NCBI GenBank assembly: GCA_963817385.1
Contig: CAWFOM010000001.1
Span: 1-64,000, forward strand
Direction: 5' to 3'
Length of the DNA stretch: 64,000 nucleotides
Source: an uncultured delta proteobacterium
Lineage (GTDB): Bacteria; Desulfobacterota; Syntrophia; Syntrophales; UBA5619
Below the pieces are notes generated by a model. It was not told where the DNA came from. It ran no database searches and was given only the letters and a program-made list of their open reading frames with translations. Shown here one piece after another: positions 18,729 through 28,966 of the stretch. Position numbers and translations under genes: made by a program. Numbering within the stretch: the stretch's first letter is position 1; each line of letters begins with the position of its first letter.

Positions 18729-21700
18729 ATGAAAACATTGTTCTCGAAACTCCTCTTTGACCGGAAAGACCATGAACTCCTGAGATTGATCCAGGACGTC
18801 CTGAATCGGGAGCAGTCCCGGAAGAATTTCAAGAACCTGCTCAATCCCTATCTCAACCCGCACGGCATCAAGGAGATGGCCGCCCCCCAGGGGTTCCGCA
18901 TCGCCTATGCGATGGCCGATCTGCTCCACTCTCTGGAGATCGGCAAGGCGGCCGACCGCCTGAGCGCCCTGCGCGCCCTGCATGATGAAGTGCTCAATAT
19001 CACCCACAGCTCTCTCCGGCTGAATACCGCACGGGTGCTCCTCCAGATCATGAAGGAACTGGTCCGGCTGCAGGGAGAAGATGCCCGGCGACTCGAACTG
19101 GCGCACGATTTCCGGATGGCCGTATCGGGCCGGCCCCGCCTCATCCGCGACGAACTGAGGCGTTACCATCTTCTCGAGATGCCCGAGGAGTGGAGCCAGA
19201 TCGCCTTCGACGACCATGTACACGACGCCAACACGAAGGGGCGCAAGACCCCCACCCATCTGATCATGGACGCCTGGATCAAAGGGATCCGCCGCCTGAC
19301 GGTGATCTACTACAACTACGTGCCGCCGGAGGCGGCCTCGGAGCTCCTCGAGGCGGGCCAGATCATGGGGATCACCATCCGGATCGGGATCTCCGTCGGG
19401 GCTCGGTTCCGGGGACGGAACATCCGCTTCATCTGGGTGCCCCGGGGGTTCTGCGACGCCAGGGACTTTCTCTCTTTCCTGGCCGAGCCGGCCGTCCGGG
19501 CCTTCATGGACGAGGAGCGCAAGGTATCTCAATACCAGCGGGATTACGTCATCACCCTCCTCAAGGAATTCAACCGGAGCCACCGCCCGGCGATCAACGC
19601 CGCCTTCGGCGTCGCTCTCCCATCGCTCGATCCGGCCGATTTCCTCACCTTCGTCGGCGGCGGCCAGGCGTCGATCCTCCACCTGGCTGAATTCATCCAT
19701 ACCCATCTGCTTCCCCTGCTGGAGACCCGCGTCACCGAACTCAGGGGGAGGTACGCCGGGGCAACCGGCGAGGAGCGGGAGAAACTGGAGACCCTCGTCG
19801 CACAGATGAGCGAGCTCGATTCGGAGGCGATCGTCGAGCAGTACCTGCGGCCGATCCACAACCCTTCCCTCCCCGATCCGAATGCCCCCGGGGAGGGTGC
19901 GGAGGTGCCGCCGCTCCTCCGGCTCGCACCCCGCGAACTGATGCTGATGCTCGATCAGCTCCACGCGGGATACCGGATCTGCCTCAACCTGAGCGACCTG
20001 AACGGGGAGGATGTCCTGGAGATTCTCTACGACTGCCAGGGGATGATCACCCACCTGGAGATCTTCAACCTCAAGGACCATGTGGACGGAAAAACCGCCA
20101 GCTACGGGGAGATCAACATCCTCCAGACGGCGATCAACGAGGGGAACGTCATCACCCTGAAACGCCTGATCCACACGATCCGCCGCCGCCTCGAAGACGC
20201 ACCGCGGCCGGACGCGGCCGAGCGGATCGCCAAGCTGACCGAGATACTCCGCAATATCCCCGCGCTCCAATCCCACTACCGGGCCGTCCCGCTCGGGGCC
20301 TATATCGGCAGCGACTCCACCGGCCGCTCGCGCCACCACTACGGCATGGGCCTGATCCTCCGGGAAACGCTGGCCCGGCACGCCCAAAAGGCGATCCGGC
20401 ACACCCTGGGGCCGACGGTCTTCACCCTCCCCGTGCGGATGACGGCTTACCTCCGCACGACCAGTATTCCCGCCGGCGAATCCGGGACAACGAAGAAACG
20501 GCTCCCGAGCTTTATAAATCTCCTTCCCGGCTTGAAACACCTGGGAGAACAGCGTCGTCATGACTGGGAAGTACAGGACAATGCAACAAGAATGGAAGAA
20601 CCGGGGAACATCGTCGCTCTCGGAGGTCTGCACGAGGAAGGCGGTAATGATCTCACTCTGGAAGAGAGAAGATTGAGTGCGGACCGGGGGGACTCCTGGA
20701 GATATCTCAACAGCGGCATCAAGAACGCGATCAAGGTCCTGATCGGCTTCATCCCTGCCTTTCTGACCTTTGCCCTGACCAAGGACTGGTGGCTTTTGGC
20801 CTACGGCGGGGCCTTCATCTGGTTCGGCATTACGGGGCTGCGCAACATCCTCCAGTCGGTCCTCGGCGGGGGCGGCATCCGCCGCTCCCCCCTGCTGCGC
20901 TGGAACGACTACATCAGCTGGGGGCGGCTCACCGATTCGCTGCTCTTCACCGGATTCTCGGTGCCGCTCCTCGATTATATCGTCAAAACGGTCCTCCTCG
21001 ACCGGATGTTCGGCATCACCGCTACGACGAACCAACTGATTCTTTATTCCGGCATGGCCCTGGCCAACGGCCTCTACCTCTTCACCCACAATACCTTCCG
21101 CGGTCTCCCCAAGGGGGCGATCTGGGGAAGCTTCTTCCGGACGATCCTTTCGATACCACTGGCCGTCGTTTTCAATACCTTCATCGGCTTGATCCTCTGG
21201 GAAGCGGGCCTCCCGGGAATCGGCGATACCCTGCAGAAATGGGCGGCCGTGATATCCAAGGCGGCCTCCGATTGCGTCGCCGGTATTATCGAAGGCTTGG
21301 CCGACCGCTATGAGAACATCCGCCTGCGGATGCGGGATTACCGGGCGAAACTCGGCCAGCTCTTCGACACCTATGCCCGCCTCGAACTTCTCTTCCCGGA
21401 GATGGACGTCCTGGCGATGCTTGAAGCACCGAAAGAGTTCATCCGGACGCTCGGTAACGAGGCACAGGAACTCGAGAGGATTATTATCATCAATGCCCTC
21501 GATCTCCTCTACTTCTGGATGTACCAGCCCCGCGCCCGGAGCGTCCTTATGGCCCGTATCAGGAGCATGTCGGAGGAAGAGCGGCAGATCTTCGTCCGCT
21601 CGCAGTACGTCCTCCAGCGGCAGCGCGAGATCAGCCAGCTCTTCCTGGACGGGATCATCGGCAGGAACTTCTCCAAAGGGTTGGCCTTCTATCTGGACCG

Positions 21701-21782
21701 GTATGAGGAATACCTCGAAAGCTTACGAAGAATGGCCTTCCGGGATTCCGCACCGCAGGCGGCCGGAACACCAGAGAATTGA
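18729..21782 (+). CDS. Large hypothetical protein with a PHP-like metallo-domain and a C-terminal membrane region
   Basis: About 1017 aa; FDDHVHDANTKG and GSDSTG resemble PHP metal motifs; several hydrophobic helices in the C-terminal third. Confidence 0.7.
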   Translation: MKTLFSKLLFDRKDHELLRLIQDVLNREQSRKNFKNLLNPYLNPHGIKEMAAPQGFRIAYAMADLLHSLEIGKAADRLSALRALHDEVLNITHSSLRLNTARVLLQIMKELVRLQGEDARRLELAHDFRMAVSGRPRLIRDELRRYHLLEMPEEWSQIAFDDHVHDANTKGRKTPTHLIMDAWIKGIRRLTVIYYNYVPPEAASELLEAGQIMGITIRIGISVGARFRGRNIRFIWVPRGFCDARDFLSFLAEPAVRAFMDEERKVSQYQRDYVITLLKEFNRSHRPAINAAFGVALPSLDPADFLTFVGGGQASILHLAEFIHTHLLPLLETRVTELRGRYAGATGEEREKLETLVAQMSELDSEAIVEQYLRPIHNPSLPDPNAPGEGAEVPPLLRLAPRELMLMLDQLHAGYRICLNLSDLNGEDVLEILYDCQGMITHLEIFNLKDHVDGKTASYGEINILQTAINEGNVITLKRLIHTIRRRLEDAPRPDAAERIAKLTEILRNIPALQSHYRAVPLGAYIGSDSTGRSRHHYGMGLILRETLARHAQKAIRHTLGPTVFTLPVRMTAYLRTTSIPAGESGTTKKRLPSFINLLPGLKHLGEQRRHDWEVQDNATRMEEPGNIVALGGLHEEGGNDLTLEERRLSADRGDSWRYLNSGIKNAIKVLIGFIPAFLTFALTKDWWLLAYGGAFIWFGITGLRNILQSVLGGGGIRRSPLLRWNDYISWGRLTDSLLFTGFSVPLLDYIVKTVLLDRMFGITATTNQLILYSGMALANGLYLFTHNTFRGLPKGAIWGSFFRTILSIPLAVVFNTFIGLILWEAGLPGIGDTLQKWAAVISKAASDCVAGIIEGLADRYENIRLRMRDYRAKLGQLFDTYARLELLFPEMDVLAMLEAPKEFIRTLGNEAQELERIIIINALDLLYFWMYQPRARSVLMARIRSMSEEERQIFVRSQYVLQRQREISQLFLDGIIGRNFSKGLAFYLDRYEEYLESLRRMAFRDSAPQAAGTPEN

Positions 21783-21939
21783 TTGAACCAAAAGGCCAGA
21801 CCGGAGGCCCGATAAAACAGAGGGAAAGGGGACGAATTCCGCGACGCAGTCTTTAAAGATGAGCCGGCGCGCCATCGGCCGCCCAGGCACCAACGCATAT
21901 TACGATGACACGATGTAGCAAAGGATTTCGGTTAACCGT

Positions 21940-23133
21940 TTAGATCACGGCTCGTTGCGATGCAAGTGCCGGCTTCAGTATCAGACAAAGCGGCAATGTC
22001 AGGAACACGAGCAGCCCGATCAGCGCAATCGTTGCGGTGATGCCTATCGCATCGCCGATCGCTCCGAATACGAGCGGAACGATCAGACTGCAGACCGAAC
22101 TGATCGTATAGAACAGGCCGAACACCCGCGGCAGCCGGTCCCGCTCGACCAGATCCCCGATTGTAGCGTAAAGTACGGATGAGGTGCCGTTCAACGGCAC
22201 GCCGATCAGCGGCAGCAACAGGTACGCTGCAATGTCGGGCACCACAAGCATCAGGAGAATGCCGACCCCGGTGGCGATCTCCGTGATCACGATGGTTCGG
22301 CAGATGCCGAGACGCTCCGCAAGGAAACCGCAGGCCAGCTTGCCCGCCATGCCGCCGACCATGGTCAGCGGTACCGACAGGGCCGACCAGCCCGCCGGCA
22401 GGTGCTTTGCAATCATGAGAAAGGCGATGAACGTCAGGAAGCCGGTGCGCGTGCTGGCATCGATAACCTCGATCAGGCATAGCGCAATAAATCCCTGACG
22501 GTGGCAGATACCCCATTCTGATGATCTGCGTCCGGCGCCGGATGCGGTGGCGGCAGGTCGATGATATCCATCGGTCCCTTGCAGGAGAAACAGTATCAGT
22601 AGTGCGCATATCAGCGCCAGACCGCCGAATGCCATGACCGGCACCTGCCACGCTACGCCGGCAATGAACAAGAGACTCACGGCGCCCCCCAAGGCGAATT
22701 TCCCTACGTCACCGGAGAAGTTATAGGTGCCGAGAGCGGCCCGACGCCCCTCTTCCGGATAGACATGGGAGATCACCGTTGAGCACAGCGGATGCTGAAA
22801 CGCGGAACCGAAGCCGGCGAAAAAAAGTGTCAGCAGGATTGCGGTGAACCCCGCAGAATTGCCGAGTGCGATGAATGCGATCCCGCTGCATGCAGTACCA
22901 AACGAAAGCAGATTGCGGGCGCTGAAACGCTCGGCAAGCAGGCCGGCCGGGATCTCGAAAAGCGACGTCGCGGCACGCCACGCGGAACGGAGCAAGCCGA
23001 CCTGCACAAGCGATAGATTGAACGACTGCGCCAATATCGGCAGCAGCACATAGTTGATGTCGGACAATCCGTCGTGCAGCCCATGGGTTGCACAGCAGGT
23101 AGCGAGTGCGCGGCGCGGCGGGTGATGAGGCAC
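21940..23133 (-). CDS. MFS transporter (Fsr-like)
   Basis: HGLHD, GLLAERF, GSAFQHP, GDVGK; about 12 TM helices. Confidence 0.85.
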   Translation of the reverse strand: MPHHPPRRALATCCATHGLHDGLSDINYVLLPILAQSFNLSLVQVGLLRSAWRAATSLFEIPAGLLAERFSARNLLSFGTACSGIAFIALGNSAGFTAILLTLFFAGFGSAFQHPLCSTVISHVYPEEGRRAALGTYNFSGDVGKFALGGAVSLLFIAGVAWQVPVMAFGGLALICALLILFLLQGTDGYHRPAATASGAGRRSSEWGICHRQGFIALCLIEVIDASTRTGFLTFIAFLMIAKHLPAGWSALSVPLTMVGGMAGKLACGFLAERLGICRTIVITEIATGVGILLMLVVPDIAAYLLLPLIGVPLNGTSSVLYATIGDLVERDRLPRVFGLFYTISSVCSLIVPLVFGAIGDAIGITATIALIGLLVFLTLPLCLILKPALASQRAVI

Positions 23134-23237
23134 TGGGAACTCCTGAAATGGCAGAGTGCCATGATCTGGTCACGGCAAGGGATCGCTGCTCTCGATAAAA
23201 AATGAGCGGGACGGCCCCCCTTGAACAACGGCAAGCA

Positions 23238-24750
23238 TCAGCTGTATTGCTTCCGCAGGATGCTCTTTTGAACTTTGCCCATGCTGTTGCGCGGGAGGGA
23301 TTCGACAAAATGCACGCGCTTCGGCACCTTGAAGTTGGCAAGGACGCCCTTCAACGCACCGATGATTCCTGCTTCGTTCAATGCGGCGCCCTGTTCGTTA
23401 TCCTGGCGCACGACGGCCGCAATGACCGCCTCGCCGAAGTCCGGATGGGGCACGCCGACTATGGCAGTTTCAACGACGCCGGGCATGGCATCGATCACTT
23501 CCTCGATCTCCTTCGGATAGACGTTGAGCCCCCCGCTGATGATGAGGTCCTTTGAACGGCCGATGATCGAAATGTAGCCGTCGGCGTCCGATTTACCCAT
23601 GTCGCCGGTCTTGAAAAAACCGTCGGGGGTGAATTCCTCCCGGGTCTTTTCCGGCATGTGCCAGTAGCCGCGGAAGACGTTCTCTCCTTTGACCTGTATC
23701 TGGCCGATCTCGCCGACCTTTATCGGCCGGTTTTCGTCGTCAGCGATGCGGATGGATACACCCGGCAGGGGGAACCCGACTGTCCCCCCGCGCCTTTCTC
23801 CGTCATACGGATTGGAGGTAAACATGTTCCCCTCCGTCATCCCGTAGCGTTCCAGAATCGTGTGGCCGGTTCGTGTTTTGAACTCATCGAATGTTTCTTT
23901 CAGAAGCGGTGCGGACCCGGAGACGAAAAGGCGAATATTGGCGCACAGCTCCCGCGTAAAACCGGGCTCCGCAAGCAGGCGCACATAGTATGTCGGAACC
24001 CCCATGAACACCGTTGCTCCAGGCAACAGGGCGCAAGCCCGCTTGGCATCGAATTTTGGTTCGAAGAACATCGGGGTGCCGTTTAACAGGGAACAGTGAA
24101 TGGCGACAAACAGGCCGTGCACGTGAAAGATCGGCAGCATGTGCAACAAACGGTCTCCCGGCTGGAATCTCCAGGCGCGATGGAGCACCTCGGCATTGGA
24201 GACAAGGTTCCGGTGGGACAGCATGGCGCCCTTGGAACGCCCGGTCGTCCCCGAAGTATAGAGGAGTGCGGCCAGATCATCTCCTGCGCGCATGAGGGTG
24301 GTAAACGTATCCGGCTGCGATGCCGCCCCGTCTACCAGATTTCCTCTCCCCTCGTCGTCGAGCTCAAGCAGATGGCGTACTCCGGTTTTCGCCGCCAGCT
24401 CCGCCGCCAGCTCCCGGATCTGGGGCCTGCAGACGAAGAGACGGGGCGTGGCATCGCCGAGAAAATAGTCGATCTCGAAACGCTGATAGGCATCGTTCAG
24501 CGGCAGGTAAACGGCGCCGGCGCGCAGGCAGCCCAAATAAAGGAAGAGCGCCTGAGGGGATTTCCTCACTTGTACGGCGACGCGGTCCCCCGGTTGCACT
24601 CCGAGCGAAACGAGCAGGCCCGCGTATCGGGCAGACTCGCTGTCCAGAGCTACCGTAGCTGATCTCAGCACCGTCGGGCAGGATCAGACAGGGCGCATCC
24701 GGGTTTCCGGGAAAACGGCTTTTCAGTATCTCATAGAGATTTTCATTCAT
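23238..24750 (-). CDS. matB: Malonate-CoA ligase MatB-like acyl-CoA synthetase; frameshift near 24652
   Basis: N-terminus MNENLY..ISYG (ORF 24364..24750) joins ALDSESARY (ORF 23238..24671); LYTSGTTGRSKG, LPIFHVHGLF, ERYGMTE, MGKVQK. Confidence 0.8.
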
Positions 24751-24813
24751 ATGACCCCCTTATTCGTTCTCTATATGGACTGACATTCATTGTCCTTACT
24801 CTTTCGTATATCA

Positions 24814-26007
24814 TCATTTGATCGCAAGAGTCCGTTTCTTCTTTTCGTAGTTTTCCACAGCCTTCCGTCTCCTGTTTCCGGAAGCTGCACAAACGGTGAT
24901 GCACCGTCCGCATCGCCACTCCGGAAAGAGGGTGGCCATGCCTTTCCGGTCTCCCAGGCACCGGTCGTGATCAAACTGCAGCCGATCCTTCCAGAAACGT
25001 TTCGGCTCATGGAGATCCTCGGAATATCGGCCTGCCTGATCCGGAACGGAATGGATCAACGCACCGGGGGGGCAGCGGGGAATGCACTTGCCGCAACCCT
25101 TGTCATCGAGAGGGATATAGGCGCAGAAGCGGCACCGGTTGATGTCGTCTTGTGTTTTCGTAAAGTCGGACAGGGAGAACAGAAAGTCGCGCCAGCGTTG
25201 ATGGGGGTAAATGATCCCGCTACGGCCGTCTTCGACCAGCGGTCCCCGGTCAAAGATTACCAGCGAGCGGATGGGACCGAGGAACCGTTTGACCTTCCCC
25301 TCCTGCAGTTCATCACGGAAGACAAACCGGGAGACACCGAACTGGGTGAGACCGGTGAGAACGGCAAGGCTTTTCTGCGGGTAATGGACCTCCTTCTGCG
25401 GGCCGTGGGCCTTCCCCTGACGGGTCAGGGGAACGGCTTGCAAAGAAAGGGCATCCATCATTTTCCGGTCCATCGCCAGGACGGCATTCTCCCTGGTAGT
25501 GATCTCCATGCCGGTGCGCAGGATCGCCTTGTCGAGGGTATCATTCACCTCCTCATAGAACCGTGAATACTGCCAGGACGAGCCGCGCTCGTGCGCCCGG
25601 ATGAACCGATCATGGGCTTTCAGAAGCTTCCCTGCAAACGGCAGCATGACCGACACGATCAGAACCCGCTGAAAACGATCGTGTGCGTATTCAAACGATC
25701 GGGGAACCTCGAAAATGGTATCCGGGCCGGGTTCGTCAGGATGGCCGAAGATTGTCCTCCAGGCATAGAATTCCCAGATGTCCCGGATGCCGACGGGATG
25801 GAGACCCACACCGGCCGGATTCCTCAGACCGTCCCAGAGGTCGTAATCCAGGGGGACATTGGCCGCCGCTACTTTCACGTCCGGCTCTCCCGCACTGTCC
25901 AGGGCATATTTCACCTCCCCCGCGCAAAAGGAGGGGTCGTCACGCAATGCTTTGATGTTACGTGTAATAAGCTCGGTTATTGCCGAGAGAGAAAGGTTAC
26001 CTCCCAC
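24814..26007 (-). CDS. QueG/reductive-dehalogenase-like 2x[4Fe-4S] protein (divergent)
   Basis: LAVLTGLTQFG, GPIRSLVI, CGKCIPRCP, C..CGRCITVC. Confidence 0.65.
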   Translation of the reverse strand: MGGNLSLSAITELITRNIKALRDDPSFCAGEVKYALDSAGEPDVKVAAANVPLDYDLWDGLRNPAGVGLHPVGIRDIWEFYAWRTIFGHPDEPGPDTIFEVPRSFEYAHDRFQRVLIVSVMLPFAGKLLKAHDRFIRAHERGSSWQYSRFYEEVNDTLDKAILRTGMEITTRENAVLAMDRKMMDALSLQAVPLTRQGKAHGPQKEVHYPQKSLAVLTGLTQFGVSRFVFRDELQEGKVKRFLGPIRSLVIFDRGPLVEDGRSGIIYPHQRWRDFLFSLSDFTKTQDDINRCRFCAYIPLDDKGCGKCIPRCPPGALIHSVPDQAGRYSEDLHEPKRFWKDRLQFDHDRCLGDRKGMATLFPEWRCGRCITVCAASGNRRRKAVENYEKKKRTLAIK

Positions 26008-26106
26008 GATGGATCCTCCTGAAGCGATCGACTCGCACCCCGATCAAATAAAGCGAATCCCCCGCCTGGAGGGATTCGCTTCGCCAAGTTTCCGGAATTC
26101 TTCGCG

Positions 26107-26940
26107 TTATGTCCCCACTGGGCACTCGATGATGCAGCGACCGCAGTAGGATCCCTGCCTTTCCATTTTCTGCCAGGGATTCTCCGCCTTGACCTGCTCA
26201 AGGTAGGTTTCCGCGTCGACATTACCGCTCCCTTCGAAATTCGTCAAGCCCAAGGTGCCCCGCGTAAGACCCTGTTCGGCCGTCCGGCAGCGCCACTTAT
26301 CGATATTGGCGTAGCGATATTCCTTGTGGCCGATCTGCAGCGTCACTCCCGACTCCTCCGGAATGGCCTTGACCGGACAAACACGGGCGCAAATCATGCA
26401 AGATTCTCCCGGGCATAACGCCTCTTCGATCAGAGGAGCTCCGGCAATTTCGGCGGTGGTGATCACGCTGACCACCCTGAGTCTGGGCCCGAACTCGGGG
26501 GTAAGGAGAATGGACTGCCATCCGAAGGACCCCAAGCCGGCCGCTACGGCTGCGTGCCGATTGGAAAAAACTCCCTCGAGTCGTTGATAGGATGCCGGCG
26601 GACTGGCCGGAATGGGGAGGCCGACATGGTCATGTCTTTCGAGGAATTTGGCTACCCTGAAGGCGGACTGATTGAGGAGCGTATTGAGCACATTATACCC
26701 GTGGATCATGTAGATATAGATCGCCGATCTCAGGCCCCCGTAGGCTTTCCGGTTCGCCCCTCGAACCCCCCGGGGGATGCCGATTCCCAGAGATATGACA
26801 GTCTTTGCTCCATCCAGGAGGTCAGTCGGTCTTCTTCCCTCCGGGGCATTCCGAAACCGCTCCACCGGAGCAAAACCGACCAGATCGATGTCGCCGGCCC
26901 TGGCGAGTTCAATAATCTCGGCCTTCAGAGAATCCTCCAT
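26107..26940 (-). CDS. Epoxyqueuosine reductase (QueG)/RDH-like cobalamin-[4Fe-4S] protein
   Basis: DLVGFAPVERF, SNRHAAVAAGLGSFG, TPEFGPRLRV, CMICARVCP, CGRCIIECPVG. Confidence 0.8.
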   Translation of the reverse strand: MEDSLKAEIIELARAGDIDLVGFAPVERFRNAPEGRRPTDLLDGAKTVISLGIGIPRGVRGANRKAYGGLRSAIYIYMIHGYNVLNTLLNQSAFRVAKFLERHDHVGLPIPASPPASYQRLEGVFSNRHAAVAAGLGSFGWQSILLTPEFGPRLRVVSVITTAEIAGAPLIEEALCPGESCMICARVCPVKAIPEESGVTLQIGHKEYRYANIDKWRCRTAEQGLTRGTLGLTNFEGSGNVDAETYLEQVKAENPWQKMERQGSYCGRCIIECPVGT

Positions 26941-26955
26941 ATCACCTCTCCCCCG

Positions 26956-27729
26956 TCACACTTTTTTCGCGTAGAGCCCCTGCGGATCGCACTTTTCCCT
27001 TAGGGTTGTCAATTCAAGCTCCGTCGGCGGCGCCACCTCTTCGATCTTCTCGGCCAGATCCGGCCGGAAACCGGTCGCCGCCATGATCGCCTCCACCGAC
27101 GATCCCGGCATGAGTTTCCGGATCTGGAACCTTCCCGTGGCCGGATTGATCTCCATGACGCCCAGTTTGGTGACCACGACGATCTGGGGGTTTTTGCTGG
27201 TCAGTCCCGCCCGTTTCCGCCCGTCCGGGCCGCCGAGATATCCGGGGGAGGTGATGTAGGTGCAATGCTCCGGAAAGCGCTGCTTTTCGTGTTTGGTGAT
27301 GATGAGTATCCGCTTCGCGTGGGAAAGGATGTCGTTTCCCCCGCCGCTCCCGGGAAAGCGGACTTTCGGTCGCTGGTAGTCGCCGATAACCGTAGTGTTG
27401 ATGTTTCCGAACTGGTCGATCTCGGCGCCGCCCACGAAGCCGATATCCATGATCCCGAACTGCAGCATGCAGCCCAGGACCTCCCTCAGGGAGCCCAGGC
27501 GCACCGCCTTGTACTGCAGTCTCGGATCGGAGACCGACAGAGGGGTCGGCAGGACGATCGGCGCAATAGGACCCGTCTCCGCCACAAAGCAGAGGTGCGG
27601 GGCATGGGTCTTCTGGGCCAGCATCGTCGCCATCAGCGGCAGGCCCGTCCCCGCGAACACCGTCTCCCGGTCTTTGATGTAGCGGGAAGCTTCAATGACC
27701 GTTAAATCTTCAACGCTGAAATTTGCCAT
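26956..27729 (-). CDS. Family I CoA-transferase beta subunit (glutaconate/3-oxoadipate type)
   Basis: FAGTGLP, VAETG (catalytic Glu), GAEIDQFGNINTT, FPGSGGGND. Confidence 0.9.
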   Translation of the reverse strand: MANFSVEDLTVIEASRYIKDRETVFAGTGLPLMATMLAQKTHAPHLCFVAETGPIAPIVLPTPLSVSDPRLQYKAVRLGSLREVLGCMLQFGIMDIGFVGGAEIDQFGNINTTVIGDYQRPKVRFPGSGGGNDILSHAKRILIITKHEKQRFPEHCTYITSPGYLGGPDGRKRAGLTSKNPQIVVVTKLGVMEINPATGRFQIRKLMPGSSVEAIMAATGFRPDLAEKIEEVAPPTELELTTLREKCDPQGLYAKKV

Positions 27730-27743
27730 CTTCCTTCACCTCC

Positions 27744-28661
27744 CTAAACCATACGCTTCATGCTCTTCATCAGAGCAATCATCTTCGTAATCCCGCCCAC
27801 CTTTTCCAGATACTCGTCGAAGTTCTCGCTGTCGAGGATATAGTGCTTCAGATAGCCATCCAGGGCCTTGCCGCCTTCGCGGGCGCACTTCTGGTAGAGC
27901 TTCACATGCTCCGTGTCGTAGTCGTAGTAGCGGTAGGCCCCGGCGGGGTGTGCACCGAAGGGTTGTTCGATAACCGCGCTGACATAGAGGTAGGGGATGC
28001 TGGTCCTCTCCGCGTCGTTGCGGATCCGCTCCTCGGAAACGAGTTCCTCGCAGACGACGATCGTGTGCTTGGACGCCCGCGCCAGTTCCACGTCCAGGGC
28101 AAGGAATCCGTCGATGACGACATTCCCCATGGCATCGGCCCGCTGGGCGTGGATGAGGGCCACATCAGGCCGGAGCGCGGGCAGCAGGAGGACCGGATCT
28201 CCCGGATTCCAGGGGTCCTGGACGAGCTCAAATTTCTTCCCCGTGGATTTCGCCTGCTGCGTCAGCATATCCGAACCCAGCATGCTCTTAGTGGGCATGA
28301 AGGGAAGCCCCATCTCCCCGGCCAGGAACCGGCTGATCATCCCCAGGTGACTGTAATCTTCCATCTCCATCACCCCTTGCTCGATGGCGCGGCGAAAGCA
28401 GAAGGTGGTCCCGAAATATTCCAGGTTCCCCGTTCCGGCCTCGCACCGCTTTACGAGCCCCGCTCCCACCAAGATGTCCATGTTGATGGAGAGATTGCAG
28501 CCGTAAATGGTGAGATCCTTTTTACCTTGCCGTACAATCTCATGGATGGCGGCCATGGCCATTCGTCCGACGTTCTGACCGCCCAAACCGATGGTCGCGC
28601 CGTCAAAAACAAACTTTTCAACCGCTTCTCGAGCAGTCATAACCTTGCTTTCTTCATTCAT
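27744..28661 (-). CDS. Family I CoA-transferase alpha subunit
   Basis: AVEKFVFDG, AGEMGLPFMP, PDVALIHAQRADAMGN, PFGAHP. Confidence 0.9.
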   Translation of the reverse strand: MNEESKVMTAREAVEKFVFDGATIGLGGQNVGRMAMAAIHEIVRQGKKDLTIYGCNLSINMDILVGAGLVKRCEAGTGNLEYFGTTFCFRRAIEQGVMEMEDYSHLGMISRFLAGEMGLPFMPTKSMLGSDMLTQQAKSTGKKFELVQDPWNPGDPVLLLPALRPDVALIHAQRADAMGNVVIDGFLALDVELARASKHTIVVCEELVSEERIRNDAERTSIPYLYVSAVIEQPFGAHPAGAYRYYDYDTEHVKLYQKCAREGGKALDGYLKHYILDSENFDEYLEKVGGITKMIALMKSMKRMV

Positions 28662-28966
28662 ATCCGCGCCGCTCCTTCCGCCATTTCGAATTTTTCCGGA
28701 TGAATCCTCTTTCTGCGGTCAGCACTGTCCGATCGCTGATTGATCGATCCGTATCCGTATACTCTTGCCGACAATACCCGGTTTCGTCGGGCACATTCCC
28801 CTTTCTCGCAGGAATCCGGGGGTTATCGCTCTCTCCTGACCTGTGCCGGCGTCCTTGCCGCATCGCAAGCCCCACCCTTCAGATTTGCAGCCGGAGCGTC
28901 AGGATTATTATTCCCTCCCGCAGCCCATCCGCAACATCTCCTCTTCGTTGTTTGCTATCCTACTCC

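Noticed and set aside
18702..21089. Long antisense ORFs (795 aa here; also 33882..35528, 58004..59332, 59890..62025 and others)
   Set aside because: Shadow frames of high-GC genes with no recognisable motifs, lying opposite well-supported CDSs
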